Origin: Candidatus Thorarchaeota archaeon
GTDB lineage: Archaea > Asgardarchaeota > Thorarchaeia > Thorarchaeales > Thorarchaeaceae
Reading direction: 5' to 3'
Assembly (NCBI GenBank): GCA_048882325.1
Contig: JBHLRS010000009.1
Span: 32,001 to 96,000, forward strand
Length of the DNA: 64,000 bases
Part shown: positions 39,794 through 48,820 of the stretch, piece by piece
Layout of the letters: each line of letters starts with the position of its first letter
How positions within the stretch are numbered: position 1 is the first letter of the stretch
Notes under the pieces: generated by a model
The model's input: the letters and a program-made list of their open reading frames with translations, nothing else
Told to the model about the DNA's origin: nothing
The model's database searches: none
Program-made: the position numbers and the translations under genes

Positions 39794-41617
39794 ATGTGTG
39801 GAATAATTGCTGTAGTACAAGAACGCGGTGTTGTAGCCCCTTTTCTACATCAGGCGTTAAAACGTCTAGAATACAGGGGTTATGACTCAGTGGGAGTAAC
39901 TACTATAGCAGATAATAAACTGCACACCAAGAAAGACAAGGGAAAGATTGAGGAAGTTCACAATCGCCTTAATCTCGATGAGATGCCAGGACTTATCGGG
40001 ATTGGTCATACTCGTTGGGCTACTCATGGAGCACCATCAATGTCAAATGCACACCCACATTTTGATTGTGAGGACAAAATTGCAATAGTGCATAATGGTG
40101 TGATTGACAATTTCATGGAACTCAGAAAAGAGCTGAGTGAGGGAGGTCACAGATTCAACTCCGAAACTGATACTGAAGTAATCCCTCACATGGTTGAGGA
40201 CTATATGAAAGATGGGTTGAATCTGACTGAAGCTATCAAAGAAGTTGCCAAGCGTATTGAGGGAACATATGCCATAGTAGCAATGTCAACCAAAGAAGAC
40301 GGTAAGATTGTATGCACACGTGATGGAAACCCCTTGGTTATTGGGACCAAATCTGGAACCTCATATGTTTCTTCTGACATTCCTGCGTTCTTACCAATGA
40401 CAAATGACATGATTCTGCTGCTTGATGGAGAAATTGCAACTCTAACGACGAAAGGTGTGCAAATTGAGAAACTGTCAGATGGTTCAGTAGTAGACCGAGA
40501 GTCTATCAGGATTAGTTGGACCGCTGATCAGGCACAAAAGAGTGGATATCCTCACTTCATGTTGAAGGAGATACATGAGCAACCTGATGCCGTCAAGAAC
40601 ACGCTTAGGCTCCCAGCAGCAAGTATCAGAAGCGCAGCTGAGATAATCAAAGAATCGGAAAATGTGTACCTGTTGGCAATGGGTACTTCAGGCCATGCTG
40701 CACAAGCAGGAAAACATATGTTTGCATCGCTTTCAGGCATACTACCATCCTTCGTACTGGCAAGCGATTTCCCAGATACGGTGTATGGAGCACTAACTGA
40801 GAGGGATTGTATTATTGCTATTACACAGTCAGGCGAAACTACAGATACCATCACTGCTGTGAAATATGCCAAACAATATGGTGCAAAGATAGTTACGATT
40901 ACAAATGTTGTTGGTAGTTCAATAACTCGTCTTGCAGATCACACAGTGATAACTCAAGCCGGTCCTGAGATAGGCGTCGCTGCTACAAAGACCTTCATGG
41001 TTCAGCTAACTTCTCTCGCACTGATTGCTCTAGCATTAGGAGAATTGAGTGAGTTCAGTGATTCTAAAGAGATACTAAGGAAACGTAGATTCTTGGATGC
41101 ATTACCCGAGCTCATTTCAGAAGTCATCTCAAGGAATGAAGAAAAGGCTCGACGTTTGGCATCGGTCTTGTATGAGAAACCAAGCCTCCTCTTCTTAGGA
41201 AGAGGAGTATCAATATCCACCGCTGAGGAAGGAGCATTAAAGCTCAAGGAGATTGCATACAATCATGCAGAAGCATACTCCGCAGGGGAGTCTAAGCATG
41301 GACCCATTGCACTTGTTCAAAATGGCTATCCAGTCATTTTCATTGCTCCTTCAGATGATACGAGAAATCGAATTGTTGGCAATATCATGGAGATGAAAGC
41401 AAGAGGAGCAACCATTATTTCTGTGATTCAGAAGGATGATGATGAGATTGCTGGTTTGTCAGATCATGTGTTTGCAATTCCAAAAATAGATGAACCTGAG
41501 TTTTCGACTATGCCATACATTGTTCCATTGCAGTTATTCAGTTATTACATGGCTTTGAGAAAAGGGTATGACCCTGATAAGCCACGTAATCTTGCCAAGT
41601 CAGTCACCGTTCTTTAG
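39794..41617 (+). CDS. glmS: glutamine-fructose-6-phosphate aminotransferase
   Basis: MCGI, LEYRGYDS, HTRWATHG, DKPRNLAKSVTV. Confidence 0.97.
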   Translation: MCGIIAVVQERGVVAPFLHQALKRLEYRGYDSVGVTTIADNKLHTKKDKGKIEEVHNRLNLDEMPGLIGIGHTRWATHGAPSMSNAHPHFDCEDKIAIVHNGVIDNFMELRKELSEGGHRFNSETDTEVIPHMVEDYMKDGLNLTEAIKEVAKRIEGTYAIVAMSTKEDGKIVCTRDGNPLVIGTKSGTSYVSSDIPAFLPMTNDMILLLDGEIATLTTKGVQIEKLSDGSVVDRESIRISWTADQAQKSGYPHFMLKEIHEQPDAVKNTLRLPAASIRSAAEIIKESENVYLLAMGTSGHAAQAGKHMFASLSGILPSFVLASDFPDTVYGALTERDCIIAITQSGETTDTITAVKYAKQYGAKIVTITNVVGSSITRLADHTVITQAGPEIGVAATKTFMVQLTSLALIALALGELSEFSDSKEILRKRRFLDALPELISEVISRNEEKARRLASVLYEKPSLLFLGRGVSISTAEEGALKLKEIAYNHAEAYSAGESKHGPIALVQNGYPVIFIAPSDDTRNRIVGNIMEMKARGATIISVIQKDDDEIAGLSDHVFAIPKIDEPEFSTMPYIVPLQLFSYYMALRKGYDPDKPRNLAKSVTVL

Positions 41618-41659
41618 GTCTTTAAATCACACTGAACAACAAGATAGTGTGTGAAACCA

Positions 41660-41908
41660 ATGTGGCTGTATTCGATTCTTAGTCCGCTGACCGACTTCGC
41701 GAGCCTGATAGCTGGCTATTTCATGGAGATATGGGATTTCTTGATCTTCATTGGAAATATCTCAGCCTTTGTAGTGGTTCTAGTTGGTGCAATTCTGTGG
41801 TTTACTGGAGTCAATGAAAAAAGAGGTAAGGGGTTGGTGCTCAGCGGCATTCTCTTAGCAATCATCGTTCAATATTTCGTATTCTACCCACCATCGTTTG
41901 TCCTATAA
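41660..41908 (+). CDS. small two-helix membrane protein, VirB2/TrbC (CedA1-like) pilin candidate
   Basis: Hydrophobic hairpin with a basic loop: VVVLVGAILWFTG-VNEKRGK-GLVLSGILLAII. Confidence 0.5.
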   Translation: MWLYSILSPLTDFASLIAGYFMEIWDFLIFIGNISAFVVVLVGAILWFTGVNEKRGKGLVLSGILLAIIVQYFVFYPPSFVL

Positions 41909-43117
41909 TAGCTCTGAGGCAATGATTGTAATAGTATCTACAAGACGGTCTATGTCATCTTGCGAATTGTAGCCATGAATCGATGCTTGGATCAGTCCTT
42001 CATCTGCAATTGCCTGAACAAGAGGGTGTGCGCATATTATGCCGCTTCTCACAGCGATGTTAGACTCATCTAGGAATAGTGCTACATCATGACAACTAAT
42101 CCCAGCATCAGGATTGAGGTTGAATCCGAAGATAGTGCTATTTTCATCAGGCGTACCATAGAGTATGAGGTCATCTATCTCAGTGAGCCTTTGAACCATG
42201 TATCTTGAGAGCTTTGCAAGGTGTTTGACCAAGCCCTGTGATTTGAGCCGGATTAGATAGTCAAGAGAGCTATTCAGACCTGCAATAGCTGGTAGATTGA
42301 GAAATCCTGGTTCAAACTTGTCTGGCTGTAACGCAACCTCAAAAGATCCATTTTCCACCTTAGTGACTGAAGAGGCACCCAGGATACCTGGTTTGTGAGC
42401 TTCACCAATGGATTTGTCAATCCATTGAACAGCTAGTCCTGGGGGTCCCATGAAACCTATGTTGCCTGATAGAAGTAGAATGTCTGGCCCAAGTTTTGTT
42501 AGTTTTTCATTGGTGAGTCCTGCTGAACGAGTGGCATCTGTTATCAAAAGCGCATTGCTCTGATGAACAATATCTGAAACTGTCTGTATTGGATTACGGA
42601 TGCCCGGGCCCGGCGACACATGACTGACTGCTACTAGACCGGTGTTGTCATCCACACTCTTCTCTAATTCATCAATCCGTAATGTTCCCTTTTCATCAAT
42701 TGGGACTATGTCTATCTCTAATCCTAAGACTTTAGCTGACCGAAGTAATGAAACAAGAATTGAGTTTTCCTCGCTCTGTCCTATCACAAGTTTGTTCTTC
42801 CCGCTAGTCTTCCAGTCAAAACCATATACAAACGATGCAACAGCTGAAGAGATTGACTTCTGAAATGAGATCTGAGAACTATCAGTTTCCAAGAAGGTTG
42901 CTAGTTTTTTCCTAGTTTCTTCGACAATAGCTCCACCTTTCACAGCAAGACGATGGGCTCCACGACGTGCGGAAGCTACCACTGAATCAAGAAAAGAACT
43001 CGTCGCAGAAACAGCCACACGTGGGACAAGCGTCGTGCTCGCGGAGTCGAAGTATGCCAAGTCTGGCATGTTATCATAGACTCCAAAATCGTGCTTTATA
43101 TCAAAGTCATTAGACAT
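41903..43117 (-). CDS. SufS/cysteine desulfurase-like class V protein, catalytically degenerate
   Basis: YFDSASTT, KFEPG, IAVRSGIICA; the PLP lysine site reads SGNI instead of SGHK. Confidence 0.8.
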   Translation of the reverse strand: MSNDFDIKHDFGVYDNMPDLAYFDSASTTLVPRVAVSATSSFLDSVVASARRGAHRLAVKGGAIVEETRKKLATFLETDSSQISFQKSISSAVASFVYGFDWKTSGKNKLVIGQSEENSILVSLLRSAKVLGLEIDIVPIDEKGTLRIDELEKSVDDNTGLVAVSHVSPGPGIRNPIQTVSDIVHQSNALLITDATRSAGLTNEKLTKLGPDILLLSGNIGFMGPPGLAVQWIDKSIGEAHKPGILGASSVTKVENGSFEVALQPDKFEPGFLNLPAIAGLNSSLDYLIRLKSQGLVKHLAKLSRYMVQRLTEIDDLILYGTPDENSTIFGFNLNPDAGISCHDVALFLDESNIAVRSGIICAHPLVQAIADEGLIQASIHGYNSQDDIDRLVDTITIIASELL

Positions 43118-43161
43118 GATTAGTATTCATGTGATGAGCGACTTTAATACCATGCTATACA

Positions 43162-44157
43162 TTGGCCGCAGTGATTGTAGTGAGTATAGAACTTGTTGAA
43201 GGTTACTTCATCATCACTGTTGACAATCTCATCTTTGAGGTCAAGGGCATAGTTCATCCTAGAAACCGCGTTGTTGCATACCTTCGATATGTTCCAACTT
43301 CTAGTGGGTATAAGAAAATCTATGATCTCAATGAGAGAGAATCCTATCTTCAGAAAAACTACCCGTCGTATCTTTGGTTCAGTGAACCTCACGGAAGAGT
43401 GATACAGTCTGTATCCAGTGATAAAATCAAATCAATACTAAATCCTGTGGATTGTCTGAAAAGCCTTCAAAACCGTGTTGGAGATATATCAGACCTTGAA
43501 GAGTCTTCCGTGAATCTCGCTGAGAAACTAATAGAGTCAACAGGGATTAGATGGTCAGATATAGGTATCACAGGATCACAGCTTGTGGGAGTTGCAAAGA
43601 AGGACTCCGATATTGATCTGGTAGTTTTTGGCGAGAGAGCTTGCCGGAAGTTTTACTCAGAGCTATTTCAGGCAATAACAACAATTCCAGGCGTGACACG
43701 CTATGTTGGTTCATTGCTTGATGAACATGTTTCCTTCAGATGGAAAGCGCATACAAAGTTGAGACCTATTCTTCGTGAAATTGAGCACGCGAAAATCTTG
43801 CAGGGTATGTTTGGAGGTTATCACTTCTTCGTGAGACTAGTCAAGACTCCAAAGGATTTTGATCAAGTCTTTGGTGATTTGTCATTTCAGATGAGAGGTC
43901 AACAATTTGTTTCAGGTTCAGTGATTGAAGACAGTGAATCTATGTTCACACCGTGTGAGTATCTGGTTGTGTGTGATGAAATACCAAATCTTAGGAAACT
44001 CGTAAGCTATCGAGGTCGGTTTACTGAGCAGGTTTCAAAAGGTGCATCGTTTCAAGCGCAAGGAAGACTCGAGTTGGTTAGAGATCATAGGGAGAATGAT
44101 CAATACTTACAGCTTGTCTTAGGTGAACTCCCAACTGACTATCTGATTCCCACTTAG
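43162..44157 (+). CDS. predicted nucleotidyltransferase (COG1665-like)
   Basis: FEVKG..HP...AYLRY; GITGS...SDIDL; SYRGRF.EQ. Confidence 0.8.
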   Translation: MAAVIVVSIELVEGYFIITVDNLIFEVKGIVHPRNRVVAYLRYVPTSSGYKKIYDLNERESYLQKNYPSYLWFSEPHGRVIQSVSSDKIKSILNPVDCLKSLQNRVGDISDLEESSVNLAEKLIESTGIRWSDIGITGSQLVGVAKKDSDIDLVVFGERACRKFYSELFQAITTIPGVTRYVGSLLDEHVSFRWKAHTKLRPILREIEHAKILQGMFGGYHFFVRLVKTPKDFDQVFGDLSFQMRGQQFVSGSVIEDSESMFTPCEYLVVCDEIPNLRKLVSYRGRFTEQVSKGASFQAQGRLELVRDHRENDQYLQLVLGELPTDYLIPT

Positions 44158-44627
44158 GCTTTCACATCTTGTTCATATTTACATTAATTCACACATAGTT
44201 TGTGTGAATGGCGCCTTTATTGTGAACACTCCGGGAGAAACGGGCCTCTTATTGCCTTAATAACAGAATGAAGGCATGATATGTTCTATGATACCTGTGA
44301 ATGGACACACCCCTTCGTTTCCTGTGGAAACAAGAAAGAAGACATATGAAATGGTTACATCCTCATTCACAAGAATCATAGATTAGTGAATGGTGAACAG
44401 GCTGGAGAATACCGTGTTTTCAGTGAAAAAAGCGTTCATATTGCTCTTTTATGGTCAAGAAGACCTGACAGGACGTCAGCACAGCAAAAACGAAGCGGAC
44501 GAGTTCTATATGTGTACAGACACACTATGTAGCTCTTATCACTGTATACATAATTCACATACTCACACTTATTTGGAATTTGACTCTACTTCATTGTGAA
44601 TAGTCAATAGTATCGGAGAGAATTGGT
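44158..44627. repeat. array of GTGAA/TTCAC motifs with one ORB-like element
   Basis: 11 exact GTGAA/TTCAC copies counted by eye; ORB-like GTTTCCACAGGAAACGAAGGGGT on the minus strand at 44331-44309. Confidence 0.7.
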
Positions 44628-45257
44628 TTGACAAGTGAAGACAGGACTAACTATGTGTATGAGTTCACATACAGTTCCGCACCAGGTCTTCGTGAAATAT
44701 TCCAGTGTAAATATGTCAGACCAGATGAAGCACTTAACAGGTTCAGAAAGATCCTCGCACTAACCGAGTCTCCTTTTGATTTCAAGATTATAGTTTCTGA
44801 TGAAACGATGGGTGAAGAATCTAGTTTTCAAGTGAAGGGTGGTAGTATAGAGGAGATGTTCGTCAAGTTCAAGGTTTTTCTAGAAACTAGTACAGGCTTT
44901 GTCTTTAAGCCTATCAGTGAAGAGGCCGCAGAGGTCGGGATGGAAGACATCCGATTTGAGTCTATGAGCAATTATGACAAGATGCAGGTGATAATTTACG
45001 CTTCTTTCAAACATGGAAAGTTCTCCTCCCTTGATGTCACTGAGATTTATCAGGACTCGTTCAACGAGGATTTGCCAAAGAGTACGGCATCTACCTACTT
45101 GGCCAGAATGTGGAATAATGGAAAGGGTCACCTGGAACGTTATGGAAACCGCTCTGGTTACACATATCGTCTCAGAACAGAGATTGCAGAAGTTCAGAAA
45201 GAAACAGAAAGAGCTGAAGAACTTCTCGCCGCGATACAGATGAGAGTAAGAGATTGA
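44628..45257 (+). CDS. winged-helix DNA-binding protein
   Basis: C-terminal FSSLDV..IY...LPKSTASTYLARM...LER.G...YTYRL; GGAG RBS with a TTG start. Confidence 0.72.
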   Translation: MTSEDRTNYVYEFTYSSAPGLREIFQCKYVRPDEALNRFRKILALTESPFDFKIIVSDETMGEESSFQVKGGSIEEMFVKFKVFLETSTGFVFKPISEEAAEVGMEDIRFESMSNYDKMQVIIYASFKHGKFSSLDVTEIYQDSFNEDLPKSTASTYLARMWNNGKGHLERYGNRSGYTYRLRTEIAEVQKETERAEELLAAIQMRVRD

Positions 45258-45297
45258 ACTAGGTCACTGAAGACCCAATTCAAACCCATGATGGTCA

Positions 45298-46614
45298 TTA
45301 TAGGTCAAATATCTTCTCATCCAACTTAATATCTAGCGTTTCAAGTTCTTCGAGAATTGGTTCATAGATTTCAGGGATAATAGGTCTATGAACACCAGTC
45401 AAAGCAATCTTCCCCTCAAGGATCATTTTGCTGGCGATTGCAACTGGGAGAGCTACAGTCCTGGACATCGAGCTATCCCCATTTGGAATGCCGTAATCAA
45501 TGAGAGTCGAAGTGATTTTCTGTTTCTTGTCAGGATACTCAGCTATGAACTCGTGATGCATGACTATCATGTCGCGTTCTCCTGGTGCATACTGTAATTT
45601 TTCTTCGAAAAGGTTACACAGAGCATCAAGAACTGTGCTGATTCCTGAAGGAATCTCATTGTCTTCAAACAGGCCTAGCCATTCTAAGCGTGTGATAATT
45701 TGATCACTTGGATCAAGACCACAGGCCTTGGCAACTGCAGACTTCACATCAGAATCACTTGTCGATGTTAATTCACGCATTAGACCAGCATATGTCATTC
45801 CAGCAAAGGATCTTTCTTCTATATCGAGAAGACCCAAGTCTGCAATCTTGTCAAGCGTTCCACACCATCCGACATTCCTGAATGTACCACGAAGCATTGT
45901 GTCTGTTTCAGGGATATTGTAGATGTCTATGTAGGAAAGACTATCTCGATTTGGATATCCTTCAAAAGTACCCATTCCAGGGACTTCCATCAGCTCACAG
46001 TTTTCAAATAGCTCAGGGCCAGGAATCCTAACTTCTTTTCCATCACGCAAGAAATGTGCATCATTGCGTCCTGCCAAGAGAACCCCCCTGGGACTCCAAG
46101 AGAGTTTGTATCCGTATGGATTATTGTTCGCATCTGGAGCAGGAAGACCCCCCGTGAATGAAGTGAAGCTTACAATCTTTCCACTGTTATTGTGGACATC
46201 ATCAATGATTTTCATAGCACTCATATGGTCGATACCTGGATCGACTCCACATTCGTTTAAAAGAAGTATACCAGCATTCTTTGCATCATCTTCGAGTGCT
46301 TTCATTTCATCCGAGATATAGGATGTTGTGCAGAAGTGGGTCCTGTGTTTGATTGCTACTCTGGCAGCCCTGACATGGTATGTGTAAGGCAATAAAGAAC
46401 AAACAAGATCTGCCTTCTCTGTAAGCTCTTCAAGGAGCTCGTAATCTTCTGCAATGTTGAAGGCTACTGCCTCTGCATTCTTGCAGCCCTCAATTAGACG
46501 TTCGGCTTTGCTTATAGTACGGCTCGCAACAATGACATGAAAACCATTGTCTGAGAGATATTGGATGTATGGACGGGCGACTAAGCCTGCGCCCAGACAC
46601 ACTATTTTCTTCAT
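45298..46614 (-). CDS. saccharopine dehydrogenase (Lys9 / AASS SDH domain-like)
   Basis: LGAGLV, SLLPY, E.G.DPGIDHM, GGLPAP..NNP.GYK.SWSP, YPNRDS. Confidence 0.92.
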   Translation of the reverse strand: MKKIVCLGAGLVARPYIQYLSDNGFHVIVASRTISKAERLIEGCKNAEAVAFNIAEDYELLEELTEKADLVCSLLPYTYHVRAARVAIKHRTHFCTTSYISDEMKALEDDAKNAGILLLNECGVDPGIDHMSAMKIIDDVHNNSGKIVSFTSFTGGLPAPDANNNPYGYKLSWSPRGVLLAGRNDAHFLRDGKEVRIPGPELFENCELMEVPGMGTFEGYPNRDSLSYIDIYNIPETDTMLRGTFRNVGWCGTLDKIADLGLLDIEERSFAGMTYAGLMRELTSTSDSDVKSAVAKACGLDPSDQIITRLEWLGLFEDNEIPSGISTVLDALCNLFEEKLQYAPGERDMIVMHHEFIAEYPDKKQKITSTLIDYGIPNGDSSMSRTVALPVAIASKMILEGKIALTGVHRPIIPEIYEPILEELETLDIKLDEKIFDL

Positions 46615-46625
46615 TTGTTGTCCTC

Positions 46626-47918
46626 CTATTGGATATATTGAGTGAGATATTGATAGTTCTCTGTTAGTTTACCTTGGTATACGATAATGGCGTCTTTGAG
46701 CTCTCGGGGTAGATTGAGTTCTGTGAACTTAACAGTAAAGTCAGCCTTTGCTAAAGCCGGAATGAAATCAAGGAGTGTTTCACTGAATGACATAGATGAT
46801 TCACGTGGAAGCTCGGCTGGTAGATTGTCAACTGCCATCACGACTGGACCATCGCCTATGACACCTAGTTTGGCTTGGTCCTCATCAACTATGTAGGTGA
46901 ATGCTGGTTTGTCTGGTTTTGTACAGTTTAGAGTGAACTCAATTGCACCTTGTATGTCACAGGATATGTCTCCTACAATCTGGAGTCTTCGGGATTCTTG
47001 TTTCCAATGGTGCTGAATGAACTCCTTCGTTACTAAACGAGGATACTTGTCAGACCAATAAATGCAGTTCATCAACACAGTGATGTATGGAATGTATTTG
47101 TGGAATACTCCAACATACTTTGATTTTCCATTCTTGTAGTAGTCTTGGAGGTCAAACTGTTGAGAAGTATCTCGAGGTTCAACCATATGTTCCTCCTTGA
47201 AAACACACTTGTAGATTATTTCTGAATTAGGAGAAACATCTTCGATTTCTTCAGGATCAATATCCTTGTGTGGAAGAATATCGAATATCTCTTGAGCTCC
47301 CCTTGACACGTTGCCATAACCAGCGAAGCCAATCACAAATGGGTTGATTTCCTTTGGAAGCCCTTGTTCTTTAATTCGTTTACCAAGAGCAGCGAACTCC
47401 TGTTTTACTTGTTCGACTCCTCCAAGTTCAAGTGTTGGTTTCATCTCCGCAAATGGATTTGGTTTTATGCCTAGACTCTCTAGGCGTTTACCAAGCATGC
47501 GAAATGTGTTGGATATCCCAGCCATGCCGGCCCAGTTTCCAAAGAATATTAATCTTCGACCTTTTTCATCAACGACTCGTTCATAGTCAATCAATGTCGC
47601 TCCAATATCCAAGATCCGTTTGAGCATGGGCATATTGTAATCCTGACCTTTGATAGTATGACTAAAGAATACGTAGACAATATTCTTCTCGAAGAAATCA
47701 ATTGGCATCTCCTTGATACCCAGTACCACTGGTGTGTTGGTACCTTTTAATGGTAAAACATCTGCTTGATACTCGTCTTCCTTGAAAGCGCGCTGATTGC
47801 TTGGTTCGATCACAAATTCAATGCCATATCTGTCATGTAACAGCTTTGCATGATCAGGTACAACTGGAACTCGGGTTTCGTATGCTTTCTCCTCTTTTCT
47901 AAGACCAATCCGGTTCAT
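46626..47918 (-). CDS. lysine-ketoglutarate reductase (AASS LKR domain-like)
   Basis: FFSHTIKGQ.YNM, LIDYE, GYGNVSRGAQE, DISCD, VDNLPAELP. Confidence 0.9.
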   Translation of the reverse strand: MNRIGLRKEEKAYETRVPVVPDHAKLLHDRYGIEFVIEPSNQRAFKEDEYQADVLPLKGTNTPVVLGIKEMPIDFFEKNIVYVFFSHTIKGQDYNMPMLKRILDIGATLIDYERVVDEKGRRLIFFGNWAGMAGISNTFRMLGKRLESLGIKPNPFAEMKPTLELGGVEQVKQEFAALGKRIKEQGLPKEINPFVIGFAGYGNVSRGAQEIFDILPHKDIDPEEIEDVSPNSEIIYKCVFKEEHMVEPRDTSQQFDLQDYYKNGKSKYVGVFHKYIPYITVLMNCIYWSDKYPRLVTKEFIQHHWKQESRRLQIVGDISCDIQGAIEFTLNCTKPDKPAFTYIVDEDQAKLGVIGDGPVVMAVDNLPAELPRESSMSFSETLLDFIPALAKADFTVKFTELNLPRELKDAIIVYQGKLTENYQYLTQYIQ

Positions 47919-48032
47919 TGATTGACCTCCTGGTCAGGTGCAGACTGTATGCATTGGTGAGGTCGTGGGCCATGCTTCTCCTGCTTTAACCTTTCTCTCT
48001 CGGCCAAGATTGTATTACTAGAACTAAAAATC

Positions 48033-48733
48033 AGAACACGTGTTCTTCAAAGTGTTGATTCACATGACTTCGTACTTGTATCTGTATGACTGTCAACATG
48101 CTAGACGAACTAACGCAAGACGTGTAGCATTCACGAAGGAGCTCTATGGATACTATTACACTTGGAGAACAAAGTCTGGAGTCAAACAGAAACGTCGACA
48201 AGGTCTCTTAGACGAGTGTCCAGGTTCTGAAGCTGTTGCAGATTCAGCCATCCTTGTTCCTTCCGAACATCGAATAGTTTTTGATACACTGTTCAGGACG
48301 TATGATGATATTCTCAAGTTGAAGATCTTCGAGGTTGTCCAAGAGATAGAGTGATGTGTGAATCTTCGAACACGTGTTCTAATATTTATTACATGTATTA
48401 CAATTGATAATCTTCTGGATCTCACTCTTTCATTTCCACTGGAACTCTTTCTTGTGTCACTTATTTCCACTGGAACACGTGTTCTACAAACAATTGGACC
48501 CCCTTGTTTCCACTAGAGATTATTAACAACTATCTAATCGGTTAAATATCAAAAAATATATATAATCGTTTAAAGAGCTGACTTTTATCTCCATTTTTTT
48601 AATGCATAATAATACCCGCTGCAAAGATTCTCCATAAGATCTCTCGAGTGGAAGCCAAGGGGTCTTATCCAGACACTATTTTAAAGAATACAGGGACGTG
48701 ACGAGCGTAATATTCACTAGAACACGTGTTCCA
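48033..48733. repeat. four copies of the palindrome GAACACGTGTTC
   Basis: At 48034, 48368, 48473 and 48720; 48471-48486 and 48718-48733 form a perfect 16-bp inverted repeat. Confidence 0.9.
48064..48354 (+). CDS. small Cas2/VapD-like ferredoxin-fold protein (tentative)
   Basis: 96 aa; YLYLYD...RRVAF.KELYG...DSAILVP; bracketed by palindromes. Confidence 0.5.
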   Translation: MTSYLYLYDCQHARRTNARRVAFTKELYGYYYTWRTKSGVKQKRRQGLLDECPGSEAVADSAILVPSEHRIVFDTLFRTYDDILKLKIFEVVQEIE

Positions 48734-48800
48734 AATGTAAAAATCACTTTGTCCAGTACCACAAAACTGATACAGTTCGCATATTTCCACCCGAAATACC
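48355..48800. other. probable chromosomal replication origin (oriC)
   Basis: TTTCCACTGGAAC at 48433 and 48464; inverted G-string ORBs at 48498-48519 (-) and 48642-48663 (+) flank an AT-rich tract at 48520-48613. Confidence 0.82.
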
Positions 48801-48820
48801 CATACGCGGAGGATCAGTGA

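Noticed and set aside
44158-48800. CRISPR array next to the Cas2-like gene
   Set aside because: The repeats are short, irregularly spaced and in both orientations; no cas genes
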